A stretch of DNA of 64,000 bases, taken from positions 434,001 through 498,000 of the IMG/VR virus record IMGVR_UViG_3300046517_002304. One strand, written 5' to 3'. Of the stretch, positions 46,085 to 55,323 are shown one piece after another. The stretch's first letter is position 1. Every line of letters begins with the position of its first letter. The notes under the pieces were generated by a model that was not told the DNA's origin, did no database searches, and saw nothing but the letters and a program-made list of their open reading frames with translations. Position numbers and translations under genes: made by a program.

Positions 46085-46466
46085 TTTTGCTTCCTAACTT
46101 GCCAACAATCTTGTCTACTCGCTCTTTAAACCAAGTGGTTAAAGCAGCAACATTCATTCCCTTTGGGATATTCAAGATCACAGTATGCATTTTATCATTT
46201 GGCAAAACTTTGTCAAGTAGATTTGCCAAAAATAATTCAATAGCAACACCTTCTTTTTCAGCCGCAACCTTCAACTTCTGAATAACTGCATCGGCTAAAA
46301 CCAATCCGTTATTCACAGCCGGGGGCAATCCGTCCATTCCACTACTGCCAACAGCCCAATTCTCCATAATGGTTTTAGCCATCACAGATGCAGGAACTGC
46401 TTCGCCAGCCTGTGCTTTAATAGCATCAAATACTGAATCCTCTACTTTAAACCTTAACTCTTTCAT
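46077..46466 (-). CDS. possible ribbon-helix-helix DNA-binding protein
   Basis: LRFKVEDSVFDAIKAQA and LVLADAVIQKLKVAAEKEG repeats. Confidence 0.4.
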   Translation of the reverse strand: MKELRFKVEDSVFDAIKAQAGEAVPASVMAKTIMENWAVGSSGMDGLPPAVNNGLVLADAVIQKLKVAAEKEGVAIELFLANLLDKVLPNDKMHTVILNIPKGMNVAALTTWFKERVDKIVGKLGSKNV

Positions 46467-46708
46467 AATCGGTCCTTTTGCTTGTGCTGTGCGCGGTTTC
46501 TTTCGATCTTATCACGTTGCCGACGTTTTTCAGATGGCTTGCAGTATCGTTCATACTTATCAATTTGATCCTTCACGCCGCCTGTCTCTGAATAGAGAGT
46601 ACGAAACATCTTCATCATCTTGTCCAAGTTACGCTTCTGTTCTTCATAAGAAGCGTTCGGACTTAACCGACTAGTAATTTTAATGTTAACCACACTCATA
46701 ATTTTCAC
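46463..46708 (-). CDS. rpsU: ribosomal protein bS21-like
   Basis: NLDKMMKMFR...G...Y.KPSEKRR basic pattern. Confidence 0.65.
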   Translation of the reverse strand: MKIMSVVNIKITSRLSPNASYEEQKRNLDKMMKMFRTLYSETGGVKDQIDKYERYCKPSEKRRQRDKIERNRAQHKQKDRL

Positions 46709-47844
46709 ACCTTTTCATTATTGACCTTAATAAAATTTAGACCAATCTTTCTGGTCTTTCTCTTGCGTACATTGTCGTACACTAATATATCGTCCGTCTC
46801 AACGGCAGACTTGAGATTATTTCGGTCAATAGTCGGAAGAAACTGCTTTAGCTTAATCAGAACTTGTATTAGAGCATAATTCCAATCAATTTCAATAGCA
46901 TTATTGAATAAAAATGCATATTTTTTCTGGATTCCTACGGCACATAAGTCATCTAACTCATACTCTTTTGTACCAAAATACCTTTGGCGTATATCCGCAC
47001 ATAAATATGGAGCGCGAGCCATAATGGCAAACTTTGATAGACCTGAACAGATGTCTAGCACGCAACTGCTGGCGCGCATAGCCGAAAGCACAGATAAAGA
47101 GTTCGCCTCCGTCACATAAGCGCACTTGTCGGTAAAAATACTAGACACATCGTATGCCGATGAACTAAGCCAAACTACTGGAAAAACTCCTTCGGCAATA
47201 AGAGAATTAATTAGTGTGTGCCAAAGATGAATGCTTACAGATGCGATTTCTTCACGCCCATTACGCCATATCTTAATCTGCGGAGATGGACAAATAAAAA
47301 CACTATAATTAAACTTAGATATCTTTTTAGCCAACTCCAAAGATGGTGAAGGAATAGAAGGCAAAAAGTAATTAATTTCCTTATAATCATCAAAGAATTT
47401 TTGTGTAAGTCCATTATTGTAATAAATCGCAAACATAGATCCATTAATTACTTCGCCAGGAAAATATCGTAATAGATTAGACTCATACACAGAAAGTGAT
47501 GAAGAGTTATTCTTAAACCCATCTGCCTTTTTGAAAATCTCAGAAGCTGAAACAGAATCGGTTAATTGCCAGTATTCATTCACGCCAGCATATGGAAATA
47601 AACTAGAATTCCCTGGGTGTGAACAAAGTATAACATACCTTGGCCTACGAATCTTCTTAATATAATTCTTTAGCAATAACGACGACAAAATAAAGGTCGC
47701 TTTGCAATCACCGAAAAAGAATATTACCAATATGTCGCTAAGATTCGTTGGTATCTGCGACTCTTCATATTTTACTCTAGTAAACCCGGTGCGCTCTGCT
47801 GCTCTAGAAAGAAACTCGGCTGGATTAAAAATTTCAGATGTCAT
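46705..47844 (-). CDS. GT-B (GT9-like) glycosyltransferase-like protein
   Basis: CSGLSKFAIMARAP resembles the GT9 C-terminal motif. Confidence 0.5.
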   Translation of the reverse strand: MTSEIFNPAEFLSRAAERTGFTRVKYEESQIPTNLSDILVIFFFGDCKATFILSSLLLKNYIKKIRRPRYVILCSHPGNSSLFPYAGVNEYWQLTDSVSASEIFKKADGFKNNSSSLSVYESNLLRYFPGEVINGSMFAIYYNNGLTQKFFDDYKEINYFLPSIPSPSLELAKKISKFNYSVFICPSPQIKIWRNGREEIASVSIHLWHTLINSLIAEGVFPVVWLSSSAYDVSSIFTDKCAYVTEANSLSVLSAMRASSCVLDICSGLSKFAIMARAPYLCADIRQRYFGTKEYELDDLCAVGIQKKYAFLFNNAIEIDWNYALIQVLIKLKQFLPTIDRNNLKSAVETDDILVYDNVRKRKTRKIGLNFIKVNNEKV

Positions 47845-48959
47845 TTTGGAATTAAGAATTCATTTTGCTTGAGTAGAAACTTAATATAGTCCGGATTTTC
47901 TACTTGTCCTATAATCGGAGCAAAATTATTTTGTTCAATCTCTTGGAGCGCTTGAAGGACTAGCTCTATACATTTATCCTGTGCATAATAAGCATTCCAA
48001 AAATGCGAGATAATAATCTTACGCTTGTTATCTTTATCGGCCAAGAACATTCTATAGCCTTCTTGTCCACTAGCCGTTTTAGACAGGACTTGCTGATCTG
48101 ATTCTGTAATAATGTGTGGCGTGCCCGACATCGCAGCTATTCTATGCGATGCAGTAAAAAATTGCACAGTTGCCTTAACCTGACTAGTTAAGGCAAAAGT
48201 ACATTCTATATCTTTAGACTCAGGTGTTTTAGTAAAATCAATTACATCGCCAGGAGGACACGGCAAGCTCGTTTCATCTCCGGTCCATATCACATTATAG
48301 CCTTTATCTTTTATAGATTTAATTAAATTTCCATAAAACTCAGGACTTAGGTTTCTACCATAACAAGCACGATTCCTACCGGTGACAATCACGCTATTTG
48401 ACTTGATGTACTTTCTAATAGAATCCATCTTATCTTGAGAAGGTGTCGGAGGAAAAACTGTATCTAATTTAACATCGGGTATCTTCGGATATATTTCCGT
48501 AAGAGCAATCTTTCCTAGTTCATTAGCACCAATGACCGTTCCATGATAATCTAATAAAACTTCTAAGCGTTTTAAGTTCTTGCTGTTGTGATGAAATGCA
48601 CGAGTATATTCTTTTAAATATCCATGCTCTGGAAAAATCTCTATTATTTCATCTACCAAATGTTTGTATAAATAAGAAGTTCCTGGCCAAGTCAAAACAG
48701 TAGAATATTTCCCAGCATAACGGTCCCGCATCAAAAAACTGATACAGGCTATTCCAGCGATTGTGTTAGATCCGAATTCGCCCATTAAACTAAATATTAC
48801 ACAATTACGCCTGCCTGGTTTAGGGCGATTATTACACTTTATAATCTTGAAATTCATGCTGCCCAGCATTTTTTCTACTGGTGTGGGCAATCTTGAACCA
48901 ACATTGTATATCTTGCCATCAACTATCGTATGTGGATATATTTTGGTCTGGAACATCAC
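47841..48959 (-). CDS. GT-B (GT9-like) glycosyltransferase-like protein
   Basis: GYNVIWTG, TASHRIAAMSGTPHII. Confidence 0.55.
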   Translation of the reverse strand: MMFQTKIYPHTIVDGKIYNVGSRLPTPVEKMLGSMNFKIIKCNNRPKPGRRNCVIFSLMGEFGSNTIAGIACISFLMRDRYAGKYSTVLTWPGTSYLYKHLVDEIIEIFPEHGYLKEYTRAFHHNSKNLKRLEVLLDYHGTVIGANELGKIALTEIYPKIPDVKLDTVFPPTPSQDKMDSIRKYIKSNSVIVTGRNRACYGRNLSPEFYGNLIKSIKDKGYNVIWTGDETSLPCPPGDVIDFTKTPESKDIECTFALTSQVKATVQFFTASHRIAAMSGTPHIITESDQQVLSKTASGQEGYRMFLADKDNKRKIIISHFWNAYYAQDKCIELVLQALQEIEQNNFAPIIGQVENPDYIKFLLKQNEFLIPK

Positions 48960-48990
48960 AAATTAACCTAGTAATTCGTCCACAGAACTT

Positions 48991-49416
48991 CTAGCCATCT
49001 AAACAGCAATCCTTTATTTCAACTACAAATAAACCCTTCGTTTGCTCAATTTCGGGAGGATCGTATCCATCCATTTTAGCACTGCCTTCTCGTAAATAAT
49101 TTCCAATTTTATCTTTAAAGTTATTTTTGTTCGTTGTTCCGTATTGCCAGCCATTTCGGAACTTTACATTCTCATGGAGCCAATCATAAAAGTGGGCATC
49201 TGGAATATTAATATTGTCAACAAATGTTCCCGTATAATCCATTTTTTCTTTTACACACTTTGCAATATGCTTGCCTGCTTGATCTATAAAATTTGTAGCA
49301 TCTTCTTTCGATGCAAATGATGCTACAAAATCAATATATTCAATATATGAAAAGTCATCCGCCACAGGTGAGGGATAATAAGAACAATTCGGTCTAACTA
49401 CAGCAAAACAACTCAT
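48991..49416 (-). CDS. hypothetical protein
   Basis: 141 aa ORF. Confidence 0.65.
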   Translation of the reverse strand: MSCFAVVRPNCSYYPSPVADDFSYIEYIDFVASFASKEDATNFIDQAGKHIAKCVKEKMDYTGTFVDNINIPDAHFYDWLHENVKFRNGWQYGTTNKNNFKDKIGNYLREGSAKMDGYDPPEIEQTKGLFVVEIKDCCLDG

Positions 49417-49724
49417 TGAATCTTCTCCATTTCCTTAATCTGCTTGTACATGTTATATCTTTTAAACCCATCGAAAGTAGTATTCCTACGAATATCGGAA
49501 TACTTGTCACTCCAAACAATTCCATATCTTATCTGCGCAATCCCACTAGCCATGCATCCATCATAATCATCTGGAATATAAACATAATCATCGCTAGCAA
49601 AAACATAACCTGCGTCTAAAACGATCTGCTTCTCCTCAAGAGATAAGGGGCGATTCATGTATTCATTAAATTCTTTAATCTCTTGTTCTGTAGGCATAAC
49701 CTGCACATTACTCTCAATTTTCAT
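49413..49724 (-). CDS. hypothetical protein
   Basis: 103 aa ORF. Confidence 0.65.
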   Translation of the reverse strand: MKIESNVQVMPTEQEIKEFNEYMNRPLSLEEKQIVLDAGYVFASDDYVYIPDDYDGCMASGIAQIRYGIVWSDKYSDIRRNTTFDGFKRYNMYKQIKEMEKIQ

Positions 49725-50130
49725 AAATCAAATTTTTTTCTTTTAAAAATGAAACAATGCTAAAATGATTGTTATCTTCAAGTGCATTACTTGCCACCTT
49801 GCCATAAACATCCACCAAAATACCATCTTTTGATTTAGAATGCACAAACAAATTAGCACTGCTACAACTCTGAAGCACATCTGCCATAGCGTCACGGCCA
49901 CCTTCTTTGACCTTTAAATATAACTTTACAAAGTACGACTTTCCATCAATCATAACAGACAAATCGTTATCAGATAAAATATTAAGATTTTCCAGCGGGT
50001 ATTCTTTGCCAACATCCAATGAAGACATAACTGTAGCTGTCGGCGTATGAAAGTAATTCTTAATTCTCTCTCTTCCAAGCCATAACACTAATAAAAGCAA
50101 CGCCGCTAATGCCATGAGTTCAATTTTCAT
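49714..50130 (-). CDS. membrane-anchored protein, possibly a degenerate thermonuclease (SNase) fold
   Basis: N-terminal TM; ILSDNDLSV..DGK..VKL...GRDA...ILVDVY...SIVSFL follows SNase spacing without DGDT/DxPE. Confidence 0.4.
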   Translation of the reverse strand: MKIELMALAALLLLVLWLGRERIKNYFHTPTATVMSSLDVGKEYPLENLNILSDNDLSVMIDGKSYFVKLYLKVKEGGRDAMADVLQSCSSANLFVHSKSKDGILVDVYGKVASNALEDNNHFSIVSFLKEKNLIYEN

Positions 50131-50657
50131 GCCTGCTTCTCCTCATGCTCATCAATAGCCTGCTTAATCTGAAGCAAGTCTTCATACCAAAGACCGTACC
50201 GAGAAATTGACTTGGAGAATACAGAGATATCAAGTTGCGCAACTTCCCAGCATACGCTTCCATCATCATTGTACTTAATGTTTGTAGAGTATTTTGTACA
50301 ACCGCGTTCATCCTTTACTTTTACCTGCTTACCGTTCTCCTCTATTGTCTCGGGAAGATACTTCGGACTTATCCTTGATAAATTAAGATCTAAAAGTGCT
50401 TCGCGCTGAGCGTCATTGCATATATCAAGCCAGGCATCAGATGAAATAACAATCGCCATTTCATACTGTTCGCCAATCCATATCTTGGATAGCGGCGAAA
50501 ACTTAGATACCTTACCCCAATTAAATTTATTTCTTATAAACGGCTTAGCATCACAAAAAGCCAGCGCAATCGTGGCCAACTCAAGATTTGGGTGATTCTT
50601 TAATTTAACTTCCTGAAGCTTAGCTGCTTCAACTGGACCGGCTTTCCAAATTAACAT
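50127..50657 (-). CDS. phage metallopeptidase-like protein with HExxH lost
   Basis: IVISSDAW...QREALLDLNLSRI where DHELxH is expected. Confidence 0.55.
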   Translation of the reverse strand: MLIWKAGPVEAAKLQEVKLKNHPNLELATIALAFCDAKPFIRNKFNWGKVSKFSPLSKIWIGEQYEMAIVISSDAWLDICNDAQREALLDLNLSRISPKYLPETIEENGKQVKVKDERGCTKYSTNIKYNDDGSVCWEVAQLDISVFSKSISRYGLWYEDLLQIKQAIDEHEEKQA

Positions 50658-50718
50658 ATATCTCTCCTAATTGTTTTAGATAATATGTTATCGGTAGAAT
50701 AAAGAAAGGAGTTTAACC

Positions 50719-51183
50719 CTAAACTCTATCGCCCATTAAATCATCACTCAAGAAATCAATCTTGGCGCGCATTTCATCAAGGAGCTTTTTAACTTCGGCT
50801 GCACTTTCCTTAGTTAAATTAGAATTTAAGGCAAATATTCCATTAGTAGAGATGTGATGTAATCTTTCAAGTACCTCAACAGAAACCTTAAGATTATGCA
50901 ACGCATCTAACTTTGGACCAAAAGAAAAATCGGGAGTCGCCTTATTATCGCCGTCATTTCCAAGCGTATATGTATCAACTGGATTATCGGCCATTCCTTT
51001 AGGCTTAAAAGAAAGCCTATGAACCTTCTCTTCTGGACTATACTGATCTTTGTCATAGTAATCAACAGACTGATTGCCGAAAGCATCATTGGCTCTCTGT
51101 GTGCCATTCATTAGCTCTGCCTCCTGCTCTTCTTTAGACAGTGCCGCAGAATAAGCCTCAATCAATTCTCTCATAGATTCCAT
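50719..51183 (-). CDS. acidic hypothetical protein (late)
   Basis: TAAATA at 51202-51207 and GGAGG RBS upstream. Confidence 0.7.
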   Translation of the reverse strand: MESMRELIEAYSAALSKEEQEAELMNGTQRANDAFGNQSVDYYDKDQYSPEEKVHRLSFKPKGMADNPVDTYTLGNDGDNKATPDFSFGPKLDALHNLKVSVEVLERLHHISTNGIFALNSNLTKESAAEVKKLLDEMRAKIDFLSDDLMGDRV

Positions 51184-51238
51184 ATAGATTTTCCTCCATA
51201 TTATTTATGCCGCCCACAACAAAAACCGATAAACTAAC

Positions 51239-53689
51239 ATGGAAGATTGTAAGCGACTAGTACTTCTGTGCCAAGAAGCACTAAAAACAAAAGGCATAGA
51301 CGACACAATACACAATAACCGCCTCAGGTGGGAACTCAAGGAATTACAGGTCAAAAATGACTGCGGATATTTCCTGAACATCCATGATAAAGGCGTTAAA
51401 AACCAACCTAACCATAAAAATGTATTAGTTCCCTATTTGCTTGATATCTGTAATGAATTTGATATTACCAAGCTTCCAGAATTCCTAATGGGAGAAATGC
51501 CAGATATTGACGTTGACTACCTCCCAGAAATACAACAATATCTCAAAAATGATTATGTTCCCAAAGCGTTCGGAGCAGAATACGTTTGCAATATAGGAAG
51601 CCACAATACGCTTGGCGTAAAATCTGCGCTTATCGACACAGTAAGAATTTATAGCAAAGATAGAGACGAAATTCTTAAGATTACAACTAAACTCCAAGAC
51701 AAGAATGACGAAGGCAAGCCTATTTCCTTTGAAGAAGCGATTAACTCTAATTCCGACTTAAAGAAGTATTTGGCCGAAAATCCAGAAATTAAAGAAGCAG
51801 CGGGAAAGCTGGTCGGTAAAACTAGAAGCTTTGGGCAACATGCGGCTGGTGTTATCATATCCAGCGTACCTTTAAAAACCCTAGTGCCACTTATTTCCGG
51901 CAAAGATGGGATGCAATGTAGCGCATGGGGCGAAGGACAGCATAGCCTAGATTTAAGTACAGTAGGATTAATTAAATTTGACTTTCTAGGAAGCGAATCC
52001 TTAAACAAAGTCATGCAATGCCTTAAGCTTATAAAAGAAAGACATGGTATTGAAAAAGTATGTGCGGCACCAGGTGGAGACAACTGGTCAGACATTTCTT
52101 ATCTTAACGATCCAAAATGCCTAGAAATGGCTAGTAAAGGCGATCTCAAAACTATTTTCCAGTTTGATTCCGACGTTGCGCGTAAAATGTGCAAAGATGG
52201 TGGCGTTGATAGATTTGAAGATTTGGTAGCCTATACGTCATTAAACCGCCCAGGATGCTTGGAAATGGGTACAGATGTGGAATTCATCAAGCGCAAAAAG
52301 GGCGCTTCATATGAGGTCCACCCGCTTCTAGAGCCTATCCTAAGAGATACTTACGCGCTAATGTTATATCAGGAGCAACTCTTCCGTATTCTTAACGTGG
52401 TGGGCAAAATTCCAGAACATCAATGCATGGAGGTTCAAAAAGCAGTATCTAAGAAAAAAGTAGATAAGTTCGCAAAATATAAAGAAATGTTCGTAGAAAA
52501 TGGCCAAAAAGTATTAAACCAATCAAAAGAAGAACTAGAAAAACTTTGGGCATTAATTGAAGCGTTCGCCAAGTACTCCTTCAACCTCGCGCACGCCTGT
52601 AGCTATACCTATGTTTCTTCCAGAATGTTATGGTTAAAATGCCACTACCCACTTGAATGGTATGCGGCCTGTATGTCGTCTTTAAAAACAGCCGATTCTA
52701 AGCTACAAGAGTATCGTTACGATGGTGTTAAGCATGATATAGTTTTTAACCGTCTTGACATTAACAAATCCAAGAGTAATTTTGCTATCGCAGAAGACAA
52801 CTCAATCTACTATGCTTTCTCTAAGATTAAGGGAATCGGTGATGATATTGCGGATAGAATTACATCATTGCAACCCTATGCTGATTTAAAGGATTTTCTA
52901 CATAAGTTCGGAGTTCTTTCTAATACACTAAAGCCGCTTATAGCACTAAGAATATTCGGCGATGACACAGTTTCTCTATGGAAGGAATATGAAAGATTTA
53001 AAGATGGCATTGACCAGAAAATAGAAGATTTAAACACTAAGCACGCTGAAACAATAAACAAGCACGCTTCGGAATTAATGTCTCTGCTTCCAGAACAATT
53101 GATGGATATCAATTCAATAAGTGAAATAGACAAATTAGAAAACATTATAGATGCTAAAATCTATAAGAAGTTATTAAAAATTAAAGAAAAAAACGGCAAA
53201 ACGATTGAGACATTTAATAAGAAACTAGCCAAACTTGAGAATTATGAAGTTAAAATTGAGCCTGAATACGAAAAGCTACTCCTAGACAAAGATGCAGCGG
53301 AAATCGCATTTTACGGATTTCCTTGGGACAGCCCATTATCCAAATACGTATCGGCAGAAGAACATCACTTTGACTGGATGGATGCTAACGGATTAGAAGT
53401 AGCGCCCATTAATGTAAGAATTACAAACATACAAGAAAAACAGGGAAAAGTTAAGTTTTATCAATTAACGGTTCAGGATATTTTAGGTGCGGAAAAGAAA
53501 GCAAACATATGGAACTCTGACTATAATATCTGGAAGGAATTGTTAGTAGTTGGTGCGCTAATAAGAATACAGTTAAAGGCTCCAAATGGCGGTTTTCCAA
53601 CTTATACGATGACATCGGAACGATTTAAAAAATATGTACGTGGAGTTAACGATTTTAGAATAGTGAATTTAGCAGGAGAAGTAAAATGA
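51239..53689 (+). CDS. dnaE: DNA polymerase III alpha subunit (C family) lacking the N-terminal PHP domain
   Basis: PDIDVDY, GQHAAGVII, KFDFLG, IFQF, LYQEQ, YSFNLAHA, C-terminal OB-like region; 816 aa. Confidence 0.93.
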   Translation: MEDCKRLVLLCQEALKTKGIDDTIHNNRLRWELKELQVKNDCGYFLNIHDKGVKNQPNHKNVLVPYLLDICNEFDITKLPEFLMGEMPDIDVDYLPEIQQYLKNDYVPKAFGAEYVCNIGSHNTLGVKSALIDTVRIYSKDRDEILKITTKLQDKNDEGKPISFEEAINSNSDLKKYLAENPEIKEAAGKLVGKTRSFGQHAAGVIISSVPLKTLVPLISGKDGMQCSAWGEGQHSLDLSTVGLIKFDFLGSESLNKVMQCLKLIKERHGIEKVCAAPGGDNWSDISYLNDPKCLEMASKGDLKTIFQFDSDVARKMCKDGGVDRFEDLVAYTSLNRPGCLEMGTDVEFIKRKKGASYEVHPLLEPILRDTYALMLYQEQLFRILNVVGKIPEHQCMEVQKAVSKKKVDKFAKYKEMFVENGQKVLNQSKEELEKLWALIEAFAKYSFNLAHACSYTYVSSRMLWLKCHYPLEWYAACMSSLKTADSKLQEYRYDGVKHDIVFNRLDINKSKSNFAIAEDNSIYYAFSKIKGIGDDIADRITSLQPYADLKDFLHKFGVLSNTLKPLIALRIFGDDTVSLWKEYERFKDGIDQKIEDLNTKHAETINKHASELMSLLPEQLMDINSISEIDKLENIIDAKIYKKLLKIKEKNGKTIETFNKKLAKLENYEVKIEPEYEKLLLDKDAAEIAFYGFPWDSPLSKYVSAEEHHFDWMDANGLEVAPINVRITNIQEKQGKVKFYQLTVQDILGAEKKANIWNSDYNIWKELLVVGALIRIQLKAPNGGFPTYTMTSERFKKYVRGVNDFRIVNLAGEVK

Positions 53690-54048
53690 ATGTAATGTTA
53701 TTTGTGTTAGGAACAATTGGAGCTTCGTTTATTCTAGTAGACAGCACTTTATTTGCTCCAATTAGAAGCAAGCTAGAAAAATATGAATACCTATATTCTA
53801 TGGTTACTTGCTATCAATGCAACTCTTTCTGGCTCGGAATGCTATTTGGATTCTTTTTAATTTCCAGTAATTTGTTTAGCGTATTTGCTTGTGGTTGCGC
53901 TGCAAGTTTTCTTAGCATCTTTGCGGCAGCTTTTATCAATGTATTTGAATCGTTTACTAGCAGAATGCAATCGCTTGGATCTCCCTTCCCGCAAAACGTT
54001 CCATGCGTTAACTGCGGCAAGAAACAAACAGAAGAAGCGTCTAAATAA
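53686..54048 (+). CDS. DUF1360-like membrane protein
   Basis: TCYQCNSFWLG plus TM helices. Confidence 0.6.
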   Translation: MNVMLFVLGTIGASFILVDSTLFAPIRSKLEKYEYLYSMVTCYQCNSFWLGMLFGFFLISSNLFSVFACGCAASFLSIFAAAFINVFESFTSRMQSLGSPFPQNVPCVNCGKKQTEEASK

Positions 54049-54051
54049 CAT

Positions 54052-54732
54052 ATGACGTGCAGAAAATACGTACGCGGATCATACCCCACTAAAGGGAAGT
54101 GTTCGCCTTGTGGCGTTTCATTGTGTAATTCTAAATTGCTACAATGCTGCGGTAAAATCTGTCCGCCTCCAGCGTGCCCGCAAATAGAAAATCAATATGG
54201 CATCGGCTGCTGCGCAATCATTGTAGATGGCGCAAGAACTATGAATTACTCTATAGAATCATCGTGTCCATGCCTAGATGGACTTACCGGCACATTTCAA
54301 GCTCTGGGGAATGGGGGTGAGGTAACATCTTGGGGAGAGGATGGCCATCACCTCGCTAGCCCTCAGTGCGACTGTCGGGAAGGCGGATGCCTAGGACTTC
54401 CAGATACATTCAATAAATCTACATTCAGCATGACGATCAGGTGCGACAGTGGTGGATTTTCGCTACTGGCGCAAACTTTCGGCGGGAACAACCGAATGTG
54501 CGAAGGCGGCTCCTGGGTATGCCAAATGTCTGCAAATGCATCATGGGTGTGCTGCGATACATCCATGCCGTTACCACTAGAGCCAATAGGCATTGACGGA
54601 CAAGCATGCGATAGTTTTTCTTACACCTTTGAGGGATTTATGATGAAGCCTGATTCTTTTTTTAATAGAAATACATGTGGCTGTCCATGTGCTCAAGGAT
54701 CTTCTATATCCGTTACAGTTACAAATATATAA
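54052..54732 (+). CDS. very Cys-rich late protein
   Basis: More than 20 Cys including CC pairs; TAAATA-N4-ATG. Confidence 0.75.
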   Translation: MTCRKYVRGSYPTKGKCSPCGVSLCNSKLLQCCGKICPPPACPQIENQYGIGCCAIIVDGARTMNYSIESSCPCLDGLTGTFQALGNGGEVTSWGEDGHHLASPQCDCREGGCLGLPDTFNKSTFSMTIRCDSGGFSLLAQTFGGNNRMCEGGSWVCQMSANASWVCCDTSMPLPLEPIGIDGQACDSFSYTFEGFMMKPDSFFNRNTCGCPCAQGSSISVTVTNI

Positions 54733-54735
54733 AAT

Positions 54736-55260
54736 ATGACAAGATGTAACACGCCAGGCAATCAAAAGTCCTGTTATGTAATAATAGGATTTACAAGTAA
54801 CATCAAACTAGAGGCCGGAAGCCCAAATACATTTGACCTCCATTGCGTAAATCAATTCTACTCAATCGGCGATCAAACAATAACTGAAAATGATATCATA
54901 AAAAAATATTACTGTAGTGATGGTAGTGACGGACATCTACCCTGCAATGTATCATCGGAATGGGCGAATTGTAGCGTACAAGGTGTAACAGTATATCTCA
55001 ATATCGGAGGACCATACTTAACGCCGCCGGTTGATGTGCATGATGGAGACAATATAACAGTGATAGTCACCTTTCCCGGAGATGCACCAATAAACCCCCC
55101 CCTGTCCTTAGGAAGATTTCCTGACGGCATTGAGTGCGTACAGTCTATGCCTATGTTCGTCTTTAGCTACTATAAGCCTAGCCAAAACAAGATAGTTATA
55201 AACAGACAGGCATTAATTAGACAAATTAAAGCCGACCAAAAACGTAGAAATATCCGATAG
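54736..55260 (+). CDS. hypothetical late protein
   Basis: TATATA-N4-ATG; 174 aa. Confidence 0.7.
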   Translation: MTRCNTPGNQKSCYVIIGFTSNIKLEAGSPNTFDLHCVNQFYSIGDQTITENDIIKKYYCSDGSDGHLPCNVSSEWANCSVQGVTVYLNIGGPYLTPPVDVHDGDNITVIVTFPGDAPINPPLSLGRFPDGIECVQSMPMFVFSYYKPSQNKIVINRQALIRQIKADQKRRNIR

Positions 55261-55323
55261 TCTTAAAATATACCTTTTCCACAATATATAATACGTACAG
55301 TAATTTAATAGGATAATCTAAAA

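Noticed and set aside
51239-53689. Intein or intron in the polymerase
   Set aside because: No C/S...HN splice motifs or homing-endonuclease insert; polymerase motifs are contiguous
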